Below, piece by piece: positions 25,960 through 38,108 of a stretch of 64,000 nucleotides of DNA. Where the stretch lies: contig NW_027362764.1 of assembly GCF_046119375.1 (NCBI RefSeq), positions 496,992,001-497,056,000 of the forward strand, written 5' to 3'. The DNA is from Phyllobates terribilis. Taxonomy: Eukaryota. Under the pieces are notes generated by a model. That model searched no databases and had not been told where the DNA came from. It saw only the letters and a program-made list of their open reading frames with translations. Numbering within the stretch: the stretch's first letter is position 1; each line of letters begins with the position of its first letter. The position numbers and the translations under genes were made by a program.

Positions 25960-26119
25960 CGGATCTAGAGAACACCGGTTTAGGAGGAGGATCGTGCTGT
26001 GACTGTTCCTGTTGCTGAGGCTTATTTGGCTGCGCTGCTCTTGCTCGGCACTAGGTGGCGCTGTGGACTGCGTGTCACAGTTCGGTATTGAAGTTGCTGC
26101 AGGCCTGGCTGCACGGCAG
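25960..26119 (+). promoter_or_regulatory. SIRT5: Probable SIRT5 CpG-island promoter and non-coding exon 1
   Basis: CpG-rich unique island (about 25960-26340) upstream of the first coding exon; donor-like CAG|GTAACA at 26120. The start coordinate is approximate. Confidence 0.55.
26048..26061 (+). promoter_or_regulatory. CTCF-like motif
   Basis: GCACTAGGTGGCGC versus the consensus CCASYAGRKGGCRS (1 mismatch). Confidence 0.6.
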
Positions 26120-27010
26120 GTAACAGTCACCGTGTAGGTCGGGGCTTCCAGTATCCGGGGAGGGCTCCCGGTACTGGCTGCAGAATACGGCTGCCTCCCC
26201 CATTGCAGCCACTCCTCTCCCGCTATGGGCCGGGATAGCAGACACGTGTCCTCTGAGCGTCCTGTCCTGCACCGTGTGATGGTGTCCCTGCTGTAGGGTC
26301 GTGCTGTAGACTACGTAGTGTAGGGCAGGTGTGGTGGGCACTGCATACTGCGTCCTGTGTCTGCCCACCTCTGTATGTAGGGTGGCATTGCTTCCGTATA
26401 GGCAGCCATAAGGGAATGCTGCACTAATGGGACCCTTCTGTTAACCCCTAATGAAAGCTCTGCACTGCCTCACTCACAGAGGCGATTGTCTAGGCACTAA
26501 AGTGTTAAACTACCAACATGAGTGCTGATCACAGGGGTAGTGGTGTTAGTGGAGGACACGGGTACCACCAGTGTAACCGGCCATAGAGGCTGCTGTGAGC
26601 ACTCAGTAGGCTCCAGCTTCCTAACAAGTCCCACATGGTGGCCGTTCACCCCAGCTTCTCCTGCCCATGTCACTATCTAGGTGGCTTCCTGGGCACATTT
26701 ATATGTTCCTATAAATGCTAAGCATTTTGATCTAATTGCAGCTACACGGAGACCTTCTGCTGATTGATAGCAGCGGTCCACAATATTACCCCCAGCAGAG
26801 TGGGGTTGGCCACCTGAACGGAAACCAAACGGCCCCTATTCTAGTTAATGAGGTTAATTGGTGCTGCTTGTGGAGTTTTCCTATTCTAGCAGAACAGAAC
26901 TCCAGCCCCTGGTGTGATCCGGCCCTAAGTAACCCTGAGTAATATAGACAGGATGTACGTCACTCTGTATAAAGATACGGTGACCGGGTAGGATACCACT
27001 CCATATACCC

Positions 27011-27359
27011 AGTGAAGAAAGAATCTGGCACTCATCGAGTTGCAAAAAAATGTCAGATTTATTAGCAAAGCAATGCAAAAAAGAGTGACGTTTCGATCGA
27101 AAGGGCCTTCTTCAGACAGAATGCATATGGTACACTGCATGTAACAGTGCTGTGGGGAATAGGGGTTCAATGCACATAGAATCTGTGCAAATCCTATGGG
27201 CATTAAACCCTATTCCCCCACAGCGCTCTTACATGCAGTGTACCATATGCATTCTGTCTGAAGAAGGTCCTTTCGACCGAAACGTTACTTTTTAGATTGC
27301 TTTGCTAATAAATCTGACATTTTTATGCAACTCGATTGGTGCCGGTTTCTTTCTTCACT
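27011..27359. repeat. Long inverted repeat (about 155-bp arms) made of two head-to-head Penelope-like ends
   Basis: AGTGAAGAAAGAATCTGGCAC...GGGGAATAGGG mirrored by CCCTATTCCCC...GTGCCGGTTTCTTTCTTCACT. Each arm contains CTGAAGAAGG..CGAAACGT. Confidence 0.75.
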
Positions 27360-27564
27360 AAACCAGAATAATGGGTACACAGTGTCACTGTAGACAGTCT
27401 TAAGAACCAAATGTGTCACAGTGGCTCGTGCTGGATGATAAATCTGGTGTATAGACTAGGATTATACCGCCTTCCCTATTGGTTCACTTTTTTGGCTGTG
27501 TTCACATGTTGGTTTTTTTTTTTTTTTTTTTTTGTTCCCACAAGTGCTTTGTGCTGTTACTTAA

Positions 27565-27906
27565 AGGGGTTGTCTGATCTAAAACTACTGTATGTGACTG
27601 CAGACTTGTAATGCACACACCATATGCACTGCACGCTTTGAGGATTCTCCGGTGTCAGTGACGGGAACAACGGTCAGGTAACCTCAACATGCATACTCAT
27701 GGGCATGGCTGCGCTCAATGCAATTGTATTGAGCATGCCGGGAACAGTCTAGTCGGATTCTTGCTGGTGGTATGGATATCGCATACTTGCAGTCTCCTTA
27801 CCGGCGCTGACACCAGAGAATCCTCAGTGCGCATCTCTACAGGGAAGAAAAATCCAGTGCAAATCCATGGAGAATCCACAGTAAAATTCAGAATAACATC
27901 CCATTT
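27565..27906. mobile_element. T2/Kolobok-like MITE
   Basis: TTAA|AGGGGTTGTC start and TTAA right flank; internal GTGACTGCAGACTTG motifs shared with 48894-49240. Confidence 0.55.
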
Positions 27907-29691
27907 TTAAGTGCAAATTCATTTGAGTATACTTTTTGGTCCAATTGATGTCCGTGAAAAACCTGACCTGCCGCAGACTGCATCGGACTAGTGTTATTTA
28001 ATTGCGCCGTTCAGATGAGTTTTTTTTCACATGGATGTAATTTCCCTGTGGGAAAAAATAAATCGCAGCATGAACTAGTGTATTTTGGATGAGCCTCGTC
28101 TACTCAAGTCTTTGGGTGCGCATCGGAAACTGTGATCTTGTAAATTTTATTTACTGCTGATAGCATAAAGATGAAAAATCCTTTTTTTTTTTTTTTTAAT
28201 TTCTTTTAATACACTTGTGTGAATGTCGCCTTACAGTCATATTTAGTTTAGGATACACCACAGATTTCATCACTTTACAATGAAAGAGGTAATATGTGCC
28301 GTGAAGGCTGCAACAGAAATTAGTAGGGAACGTTCCCAAAGGCTGTGTGCGGAAAATTCACTACTTATTAGCATTGCAGCATTATGGCTGACACGTCTTA
28401 ATCTCATCCCCAAACTGCGGAGCATAAACTACCCTGCTCTGTGGATGTGAATTACACCCTTTAGGGTGCGTTCACACGGTCAGAATTTGACGCGGTTTTG
28501 ATGCTACGTGTTTATGCAGCGTCACACCCGCAGCGTCCAGATGTTACAGCATAGTGAATGGGATTTCTAGAAATCCCATGTCCACCATGTGTCTCTGTGC
28601 ACCTGTGGATCACCTGCAGAAACTGACATGCGGCTCTTCTTTCACACCCGCAGGATGTCAATTTCTCTTGCGGGTCCGCTAGTGGACTTTTCCCATAGAT
28701 TAACACCTATGAGGAATGTCCACATGTGTTTAAAGAAAAAAAAAAAATTGCGTCGCTCATTTGCGTAATGAGGGCTGAAGCCGCGCGGCTATTCCGGAGC
28801 ATCGGGGCCGCAGGTGGCTACGGTTTGTGGGCACATACTCTTAGACAATGCATTTATTGTGCAGTGAAAATACGCAGCATCAGAAACTCATTGTGAGGTT
28901 AATGCATAGGTCGAAATGTGCAGAACCACGGCTTCATTTCTATATCTACAGCAATTTTTGCCACTGAAAAGTTTTCACAGCAGCAGGTCTGCAGAAGAAA
29001 AGTCCATTGCATACGACCCTTTTGTGTTAAAGACTTGTATATTTTTGTGTGTTTTTTTTTCCTGTTGGAGGGAGCGTGTTTGTTTAGGATACATATGTGC
29101 CATTTCCTAGCCTCAGTTCTTCTATGTGGCCCAGTGTTTTTCCATTCTGATCTGCTACAGGTGGTGGAATAAATCTGCTGGAATTACTGAATTTAGGCTT
29201 TGCAGATTAATATGGCGTTGCGTTACCAGAGAAGACGTCTCTACTAGAAACCTTTCTTCTGGCTTAATCTTTCCAGCCCACTAATGGCCAATAATCAAAA
29301 ACAGGTTATGAGCCCCACTGTCAGTAAAATTCAGAATGGCATTGTCTGTGCGCACGTAGCACTTTATAGAGAGCTATGGCTGGAGTAGCATGTCTCCTGC
29401 CCCTGACTCACAACGCACAGCCCATTCTCCCACATTTCTAAAGGCTCACGTATCTGCTGATAGAGTAAGATGCCAAGTCTATCTCCACCATATATCCTTG
29501 ATACTAAATTGTGAGATTAAGTGCTAAACTAAGACTCGATCCTCCCACCAAATGCTGCTTCTGCATTAGCCCTTCCCTGTAGAAATAGAGCCATTTTATA
29601 ACCTATAATTTGTGCTGCTGTATCTTCCATCAGTAACCCTTTCACTGACACATTATTATGCTTTGCATTTCAGCTGCCCTAGCTGCTCCTA

Positions 29692-29803
29692 ATGACTTTT
29701 CTTCCATTGCACGCCCGAAGACTGGTAACCCAGGTCTATTGCGGCCTGAAACCTTTACCCCGTCTGACGAGTGTAAATGTGAATATGGCATGTCCGAGTT
29801 CTA
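29692..29803 (+). CDS. SIRT5: SIRT5 coding exon 1 (112 nt; mitochondrial presequence)
   Basis: MTFLPLHARRLVTQVYCGLKPLPRLTSVNVNMACPSS. Acceptor TTTCAG ending at 29673; donor A|GTAAGT at 29804. Confidence 0.9.
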
Positions 29804-31739
29804 GTAAGTATCTAATGGTGCAACGTAAGACAATGGTGCTATTTCTTTTAAATATCTTCTTGTGTACTAATATATGTTGGTTTATTCTGTTGACTCTTTG
29901 GATAGTTTAGATTTCGCTGTAGACTCATTGTACCTTCATGTCCACTTTGTGTCCTGTAATATTTCCTATGTTTTATTATAGTTGTTTAAACCCTTGTAAC
30001 TTCTATATTGGATCTGATTTGGTTAAATGAGTTTTCCCACAAACAAAGTTGATTTTAATCAATACATCTTGGGAATTATTATTCCAAGATCTATTGATTA
30101 AAATGAACTTTGTTCTTGGGGAAAACCCCTTTAAGAAATCTTACCCCGCCAGTCATAACCACATTCCCTACAGTAAAATAAAACCTTTCCTATGTGTGTA
30201 AGGCTAGTTTCACACATCTAAGATTCATCTGGTCCGGCCGAGGGTATCCCGACCTGATCTTAACCTCATATGCGTTTTCGGATTAGTTTCTGATTTGTCG
30301 TGAATTTGTTTCGCACACTTTACAAACATCTCAGACCTGCAGCTCTTGTCAGTTTATGCTCTGGATATTTTTCACATTTGCATGAGTCTTAAAAATCTCA
30401 TCACTGTATAATGTATAGGATTTTCTACGAGCGAATAATCCGTGGTAAATCTGCTGCATTTTCTGTCCAATACAGGTCAGATTACTTTTGGATTTTGTGG
30501 TGTGAAATGCAGTACCAGGTCTATAAATGTGAATTTGTATCATCTACACACTGCAGACTACTCCGGCAAGGAAATTGACTTTTAAATCTGCAGTGTCAAT
30601 TCTTACTACAGATTTGCATCATGGATTTTACCCACTTCAGAAGGGCTAAAATCCACAGCAAGCCTGCAGCAAAATCGACGTGTTGCATGTGCGGATTTTG
30701 CTGCCTATTTCGCCCAGGAATTCTACTATGTGCACTTGGCTGTAATGTGAATCTGAAACATAAATGGGCTATGTAAAATTGTAACTCAGAAGAAAGGCTA
30801 CATCCGTATATAAGTTTTAGCTTGGCTAATAATATGTAATAATTTGGATAGAGTTTTTGAATAGTATGTCGGGCTGACAGCTCTATCACGGCCATTAGTG
30901 ATTGGTAGGTGCTCTTTAGTTAACATAACAAAGGTTATATATAGGTTTATGATTTGGCACATGATTATTCCTTTTTTTGTGAATACTCTCTGCAGCTAAA
31001 AGTTCCAATGTGTCAAATGTTATTGTGAATACAGGAGAATCTGATAGTGTTACTTACAGCAACCCAGTGGTGGGGTCTGCTTGTATCCCAGCTACCACCC
31101 CGACTACGCTGTTTCGCCACGCTTCTTCCAGGCAAATCATTTGACACAATTGGAACTTTAAGCTGCAGAGAGTATTCTTTGAAACTATATTAGCACTTGC
31201 ACCTTACTGATACCATTTCTGATATTCCTGCACTCATGTATCCTATATGCATCATTTATTTATTAGCTTATTTTGGTGGTCTTATTAGCTTTTTTTTTTT
31301 TTAGTGAATTCTGAGTTGCAGACAGTATTCTTTAGTCTATTAGCACTTGCACCTTATTGATATTATTTCTGATATGCCTGCACCCATATACCTTGTATGC
31401 ATTACTTATTTAACTTACTTGGGTGGTCTTGTTACCTTTTTTTTACTACGCATTTATTTGCCATTAGTTGACATTACTAATATATACCATGTAGCGTGTG
31501 GATAACAATCAGACAAAGTCTATAACTAGGTGATGCCTGCTTATTTTATATTGTTTTTCTAAATAAAGAATTGATATTTTATCTACCCGCATACTTTCCT
31601 TAACTTTGAAACCTGCTATTTCAGGCTGTGCTTATTGAATTTGATCAGAAGGCTCGTGCCTAATATGTGTATATGACTAGTGTGTTTAGTAATGTATAAA
31701 GGCATGTAAATGAACAGCATTATTTTTCCTGTTTATCAG

Positions 31740-31873
31740 ATTTAGCAGAATTTCGAGAAGCTTTTGCTAAGGCGAAGCACATAGCAGTGATTACGGGGGC
31801 AGGTGTCAGCGCTGAGAGTGGAGTCCCCACTTTTAGAGGCGCTGGAGGATACTGGAGAAAGTGGCAAGCGCAG
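31740..31873 (+). CDS. SIRT5: SIRT5 coding exon 2 (134 nt)
   Basis: [45 protein letters not shown], with the sirtuin GAGxSxxxGxPTFR NAD-binding motif; AG/GT boundaries. Confidence 0.97.
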
Positions 31874-31929
31874 GTATGACCTTCCTAATCTGTATTCTTC
31901 AGCAATTGTACTGTAGTGTCCATTCTTAA

Positions 31930-32495
31930 AGGGGTGGTCTGGTATCTATAATGCCTTTTTATAAATATCTATCTTTAAGCTCTAACCACTTTTGTAATTT
32001 CTTTATTCTGAAATCCCCTACCATTCTCCCTATACAGCTAAACCCTACATTTGTTTTTGTTTTTTTTTAGCTGTCATAAGGGGTGGTCATAGAAGCAAGG
32101 TGAGCAACAGCAGCACCACCCCACATCTTCTATCACTGCCTTGAAAATAATTATCATCTGGGGGTAGCGCTGCTGTCTCACACCCTACCTATATTACCTC
32201 CCCTGATGATCTAATTTCAGGGAAAGAGACAGCAGTGTCCGAAGCGGAGTGACTGACAGCAGCGCCTCCCCACAGCATCTATAACTGTCCTCAAACTGAT
32301 TATTGGGATTGATGGCTGCAGCGAAGTGACTTCAGGGCCATCCATCTGTGACATTCTGTTTGAGACTGCCTTCAACTGAAATGTCACGTAACCTAAAGTA
32401 AAAATGCTGATATAGGGAGAATGGTAAGGGATTTTATAATGAAGCAAATTACATAAGTGGTTGGGGCTTAAAGATGGGTATTTATAAAGGGCAAG
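31930..32495. mobile_element. Palindromic T2-like MITE with degraded right end
   Basis: TTAA|AGGGGTGGTC start; AAATCCCCTACCATTCTCCC mirrored by GGGAGAATGGTAAGGGGATTT. Confidence 0.55.
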
Positions 32496-32669
32496 TTGAA
32501 AGAAGACTTGTGTCTCGTCAATGTAATTGTTTTATATGCTCTAAACCCTGCTCTTCCCCTGATATGGCATTCTTGTTTAGTTTTTTCTTGAATTACTTAG
32601 CAAATCTAAAGGCATCTCGAACCTGTGGTGGAAATAATTTTCTGACTCAATGAGGTATTCGCATCTTAA

Positions 32670-33124
32670 AGAAGCACTCCCATCAAAGTTTTTTTGTTTT
32701 TTTTAATCTTCTTAATATATTGCAGTCATCACATTATATAGCACTGTGTACTTTAAAATTGCTCATTTTACCCTTCTACCCAGCTAATTCTTCTTATCTC
32801 TGCTCTATGTAGAAACAGGAAGTCTCTTGTTCCTGCAGAAATTATTCCTGCTCTTCAACTCCTGACCCAGCTGCTCCCCCTCCCCCTGCCATTGACTTTC
32901 ACAGTGACTGATGAGTCATACAGGAAAAATTGACCTCCTGTTTCTACATAGAGCTTGGAAGGATTCAGCTAGTCAGTTTTTACTCACGTGATGTCATAGA
33001 TCCAACGGAAAGCAGTCAAATTAGCTTGGTAGAAAGGCAAAATGAGCAATTGTAAGTACACAGTGCTATATAATATGATGACTGCAATATATTAAGAGGA
33101 CACAAATTTGATAGGAGTGCTTCT
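32670..33124. mobile_element. T2/Kolobok-like MITE with long TIRs
   Basis: TTAA|AGAAGCACTCC ... GGAGTGCTTCT|TTAA; arms complementary over more than 100 bp. Confidence 0.85.
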
Positions 33125-34682
33125 TTAAGTAAATTGAAAACCGCATAAAATGCTGGTAGGTGCTGGTCCCTCTAGGACCCTGACATACTTGGAGATCAGG
33201 GGTATTGTAGTGATGGTGCTCTCCATTTAAGTTTTCCTGGAGAGCACGAAGAGTGGCCATCTCACTGTAAAAATGGAGACTACAGCAGCTGGGAGTCCAC
33301 CATCAGGGATCTTGGTTTCCTTGCTTTACCAATAGTTGCTGGTCTTTCCGCATGGACACTATCAGGTATTGATGGCAATGGACAGTGTGAAAAGTATAGT
33401 TAACGTTACTTCCATGGTGGAAACAGTGAATGAATACTAGTTACTAGTCTTAAGTTGTGTTTTTTTAATTTTTTTTTTTATTTCTAGGAAACTGCAAGAG
33501 AACTAAACTAAAACTCAAACCACTTATACAGGGGACTTCGCCGCTATAAGATATCATATCTGTGGTGTAGACTTCTCTAATTTCATTTTACATGAAAAAA
33601 TATCTTTATCAAATATGTAAATACTGGGATCTCCGTGCTCTCTTGGTGAGGCCAAGGGCACATTGCACTGTTTTTCTCACTCCATTACAATCCTACATGC
33701 CTCTCCTGATTGACAGCGCTCGCTTTGAAGCACTGTCTGAACTGAATCCTCAGCCCTGCACGTACTGACACTACAGGAGCAGAGGGCACACAGTGTCGGT
33801 GTGTGTGCAGGTTTGTTCTCATTCCTACTGTCTGCTCTCTGAACACAGGATCATACAGTAGTGAGCCGCAAATGCTGACGGGGATGAGAGCATGCATGCA
33901 CTCACACTTCAGGAGCGCACACAGTGTTAATGCAGACGAGTTCTTATGTCGGCATCAGACTCCCACTATTGTGTGATCCTGTGTGCAACGATCGGCCACA
34001 GCAGACATGAGGCATGAGGGCACGTCCTCGCTGACAGTGTGCGCTCTCGGGTCTTGCGTTGTCAGTGCGTGTCTGTGGATGCAATACAAAGCGAGCTCTG
34101 TCAATCATCATAAGATGAGGTGTGGGTTATTGTAACTGAGCAGTGCACTGAGCCTTTTCCCACGACAAGGTCTCCTCACTTACACATTTAATAAAACTTT
34201 TTATATGTAAAAAGGAAAACTACAGGTATAAACTTAAAGCATTTTCTTCATTTCTTTAAGAAATATTAGAAAAATCAATTGCAATATATTTGGAATAAAG
34301 TCATTCTTTAAATTGGCTCAGAGGAGAGAGAGAGAAAAAAAGTCCTACCAACATGTCACTCATTGAAGAGAAGATGCATGAAAAGAATGATTGGAACAGA
34401 ATATGCAAGTGGCGTGTTTTTTTACTACATGGTGCTATATAATTATTGTAGGTGACAACTTTTGATCTAAGAGTCCGGCGATCCAGTGTTGTCAACAAAG
34501 GACTGCATTATTCTTCCCAGATATATTAATGTTACTGCTTAAGAATAAGCTCAACTGTAAAATACATAATTATAATGGGCAGCTTGTTCTTCAGTTTTCA
34601 TTCAAGCATAAATGAGGGGTAAGATTTGTGGCAAACTTTTTTTTTTTTTCCTCTAAAACCACTTTGTTCTTTATTATAATAG

Positions 34683-34908
34683 CACCTGGCGACCCCTGAA
34701 GCTTTTGCCAGGAATCCATCTCGTGTATGGGAGTTTTATCACTATCGTAGGGAAGTGATGCTTACAAAAAGCCCAAACCCAGCACACCTGGCCATCGCAG
34801 AATGTGAATCTCGACTCAGCAAACAGGGAAGGAAAGTAGTGGTGATAACGCAGAATATTGACGAGTTGCATCGCAAGGCAGGAACGCGCAAACTGTATGA
34901 AATTCATG
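34683..34908 (+). CDS. SIRT5: SIRT5 coding exon 3 (226 nt)
   Basis: [75 protein letters not shown]. Contains the YxxR acyl-specificity pair, the QNID motif and the catalytic His. Confidence 0.97.
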
Positions 34909-35248
34909 GTAGGATGGCTCTTTAGTTCATAAACACTCATACCCCCCCTTCCTGTTTGTTTTGGACATAAGGTCCAATATTCTTTGCAATGAGAAAATCT
35001 GAATATGAAAAGACACCACTTTCCCAGTATATTATGGCTCTGCAAATAAAATGGCATGCTGGGACTTGCTGTCAGTCTGCACACCACTGCCCTAAAGTGT
35101 TTCTGATAATACACTCCTCAACATTGAAATTACAACATCAATAAGAAAAAGTCCTGGAATTAAGAAAATCACAGGATGGTTAGACATGTTAATGATCTGC
35201 AAATGATGGAAACAAAATTTTCAGAGTTTCTCTATTTAGTGTAACATA

Positions 35249-36817
35249 CAGCTCTGGCAAAAATTAAGAGACCACTGCACAGTTTTCTAAAAATCCCCAT
35301 CTCTACATGTCTGACAGCCATTCCATTCCAGTGTCAGTTGAATTCCAACCACAGTCCACCTCATTCTACTTAATGTGCTTCTGATTAGGTGATCACCTGA
35401 ACCAAATCTTATGTAACGAGGGAAAGTATAAAAAACACTGCTGTGGTCTTCACAATACTCTTGCAATAGGACAAGCTGGATGGCAAAACAAGTGCTAGGA
35501 ATAGCCTAAAGGTAATTTGAATGAAAAAATAACTTTTAACCATGCCAAAGGAGTTGAAAAGATAAGTCTTGAGTGAGGAAAATGGCTCAATTCTGGCTTT
35601 ACTAGCGGAGGGATACAGTGAGCGTCATGTTGCCTCAATTCTTAAAATTTCGAAGATGGCAGTCCATTACAAAAGGTCAAGCAGCAGACATTGGGGACAA
35701 CAAAGCTACTGACCGGGATGACTGTCATTTTATTCGAATGTCACTCAGCAACCGCAGGATGACATCAAGTGACCTACAAAAGGAATGGCAGCTGGGGTGA
35801 AGCGGAAAGAACAGTTCGTAACAGGCTCCTAGAGGCAGGCCTCAAGTCATGTAAAGCTAGAAAAAAGCCTTTCATCAATGAGAAGCGAAGGAGTGCCAGG
35901 CTGAAGTTTGCCAAAGACCATAAGGATTGGACCATAGAGGACTGGAGTAAGGTAATCTTCTCTGAGTCTAATTTTCAGCTTTGCCCAACACCTGGTCGTC
36001 TAATGGTTAGACGGAGACCTGGAGAAGCATACAAGCCACAGTGTCTTGCACCCACTGTGAAATTTGGTGGAGGATCGGTGATGATCTGGGGATGCTTCAG
36101 CAAGGTTGGAATTGGGCAGGTTAATTATTGCGAAGTACGTATGAATCAAGCTGCATACAAGGTTATCCTTGAAAAACCCTTGCTTCCTTCTGCTCAGGCA
36201 ATGTTCCCCAACTCTGAGGACTGTTTTTTCCAGCAGGACAATGCCCCATGCCACATAGCTAGATCAATCAATGTGTGGATGAAGGAGCACCACATCAAGA
36301 CCCTGTCATGGCCAGCCCAATCTCCAGACCTGAACCCCATTGAAAACCTCTGGAATGTAATCAAGAGGAAGATGGATAGTCATAAGTCATCAAACAAAGA
36401 AGAACTGCTTAAATTTTTGTGCCTGGAGTGGCATAAGGTCATCCAAAAGCAGTGTGAAAGACTGGTGGAAAGCATGCCAAGACGCATGAAAGCTGTGATT
36501 AAAAATCATGGTTATTCCACCAAATATTGATTTCTGAACTCTTCCTGAGTTAAAACATGAGTATTGTTTCTAAATGAATAAGAACTTGTTTTCTTTGCAT
36601 TAATTGAGGTCTGAAAGCACTTTCTTTTTTTATTATTTTGACGATTTCTCATTTGCTACAAATAAATACAAAAGTTTTAGCTTTGAATTTCGGAGACATG
36701 TTGTCAGTAGTTTATAGAATAAAACAATGTACATTTTACTCAAAAATATACCTATAAAGAGAAAAATCAAAGAAAGTGAAAATTTTGCAGTGGTCTCTTA
36801 AATTTTTGCCAGAGCTG
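35249..36817 (+). mobile_element. Full-length Tc1-like transposon in SIRT5 intron 3
   Basis: TA flanks; TIRs CAGCTCTGGCAAAAATTAAGAGACCACTGCA and its reverse complement. Confidence 0.93.
35542..36530 (+). pseudogene. Disrupted Tc1 transposase
   Basis: The ATG at 35542 is followed by an early stop and frameshifts. ORF 35769-36530 has FQQDNAPCH and SPDLNPIENLW, but IFSESNF lacks the first catalytic Asp. Confidence 0.88.
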
Positions 36818-37106
36818 TAAGTGGCACGTGCAGAAATACAGGCACTAACTCACCTTGGCATGCTATCAATGAGGTTAGTAGTGATTGGGAATGTTCCGCC
36901 ATGTTTAATGCAATTGGACATGCAAATCTTCAAGTTTCTTTGCAATTGCTGACCAATTATGTCCCAGATGTGCTCAACGCCACTCTTTTGCGTTAGACAC
37001 TGATTGCTGGAGATTGGTCTGGAAACTACGTGGACAAGACCACAAAGTGGCCTTCACGAGGGAACGTCACACCGATCCTACTCCCTGGGTTATGGTGTGT
37101 GTGTGT

Positions 37107-37137
<31 letters not shown>

Positions 37138-37149
37138 GTTTATGTACGG

Positions 37150-37460
37150 TAGCCAGACCGCTCTAGTCTTCATTCCAGGTATGCTAACAGCTTGACGCTA
37201 CATTGATTTGGTTGTGGAGGTATGGCAATTTCTCAAGTGTCAAAGGAGCTATTTTTCAACACAATGCCAGGCCACATGGTGCTTGTACTACTATGAGCAG
37301 CCTGTGTGGCCTAAATGTGCTACCATGGTCTGCAGTGTCTCTGGACTTGTCACACATCACACATCTGATGTCATTGGTTGGCAATTATAAAGGGGAACTG
37401 CCAACAAGTGATTTGTATGCTTGCGTGTATTCAGCATGGCAGAACATTTCAGACAACTAT
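37150..37460 (+). mobile_element. Old Tc1/mariner transposase remnant
   Basis: Degenerate IFQHNARPH and LPWSAVSLDLSHI motifs in ORF 37203. Confidence 0.5.
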
Positions 37461-37574
37461 TAATACCCACAAGAAGCAAAATGAACAAACCCTGCTGTAA
37501 ATAAAAAGCAAAAGTGCATTTAAATAAAATGGGGTTCTTCGTAACATTGTTTTTGATCAAAAATAGCATGAAAG

Positions 37575-37851
37575 TAGGGTTGAGCGAGTATGCTCGGGCC
37601 GAGCGCCGAGTATTTACCGCTGCTCGGTGATATGGTTGAATTGCTCTCGTGTGCATGATTTGCGACTGTTTGACAGCTTTATTACATGTGAGGAATGTCT
37701 ATTTCTTACACATTCCTCACATGTAATAAAGCTGTCAAACAGTTGCAAATCATGCACACGGGAGCGATTCAACCATATGACCGAGCAGCTATAAATACTC
37801 AGAGCTCGGCCCAAGCATACTCGCCGAAAGGAACATACTCGCTCAACACTA
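37575..37851. mobile_element. Palindromic hAT MITE
   Basis: TAGGGTTGAGCGAGTA ... TACTCGCTCAACACTA with an 8-bp TSD CATGAAAG. Confidence 0.88.
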
Positions 37852-37909
37852 CATGAAAGCTATCCCACCACGGCTAGGTGAACCCATGCAGGATAGTCTT
37901 ACTGTCTAA

Positions 37910-38108
37910 GGCCACGGCCCCACTATCAGTATTTGATCAGTATTCGGTCAGTGTTTTTTCTCAGCCGTGAGAGCCAAAACCAAGAGTGGGTCAAAAATGC
38001 AGAAGTGGTGCACTTTGTTATACCTTTTCTCTGATTGTTCCTCACCTGCTTTTGTCTCCCACTCCTGAGATAAAGTACTGACCAAATAGTGCTAGTGGGG
38101 CCGTGGCC
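37910..38108. mobile_element. Small Harbinger-like MITE
   Basis: TIRs GGCCACGGCCCCACT / AGTGGGGCCGTGGCC. Confidence 0.7.

Noticed and set aside
37095-37138. (GT)n followed by a poly-G run
   Set aside because: Ordinary microsatellite and homopolymer; the G-run length may be a sequencing artefact.
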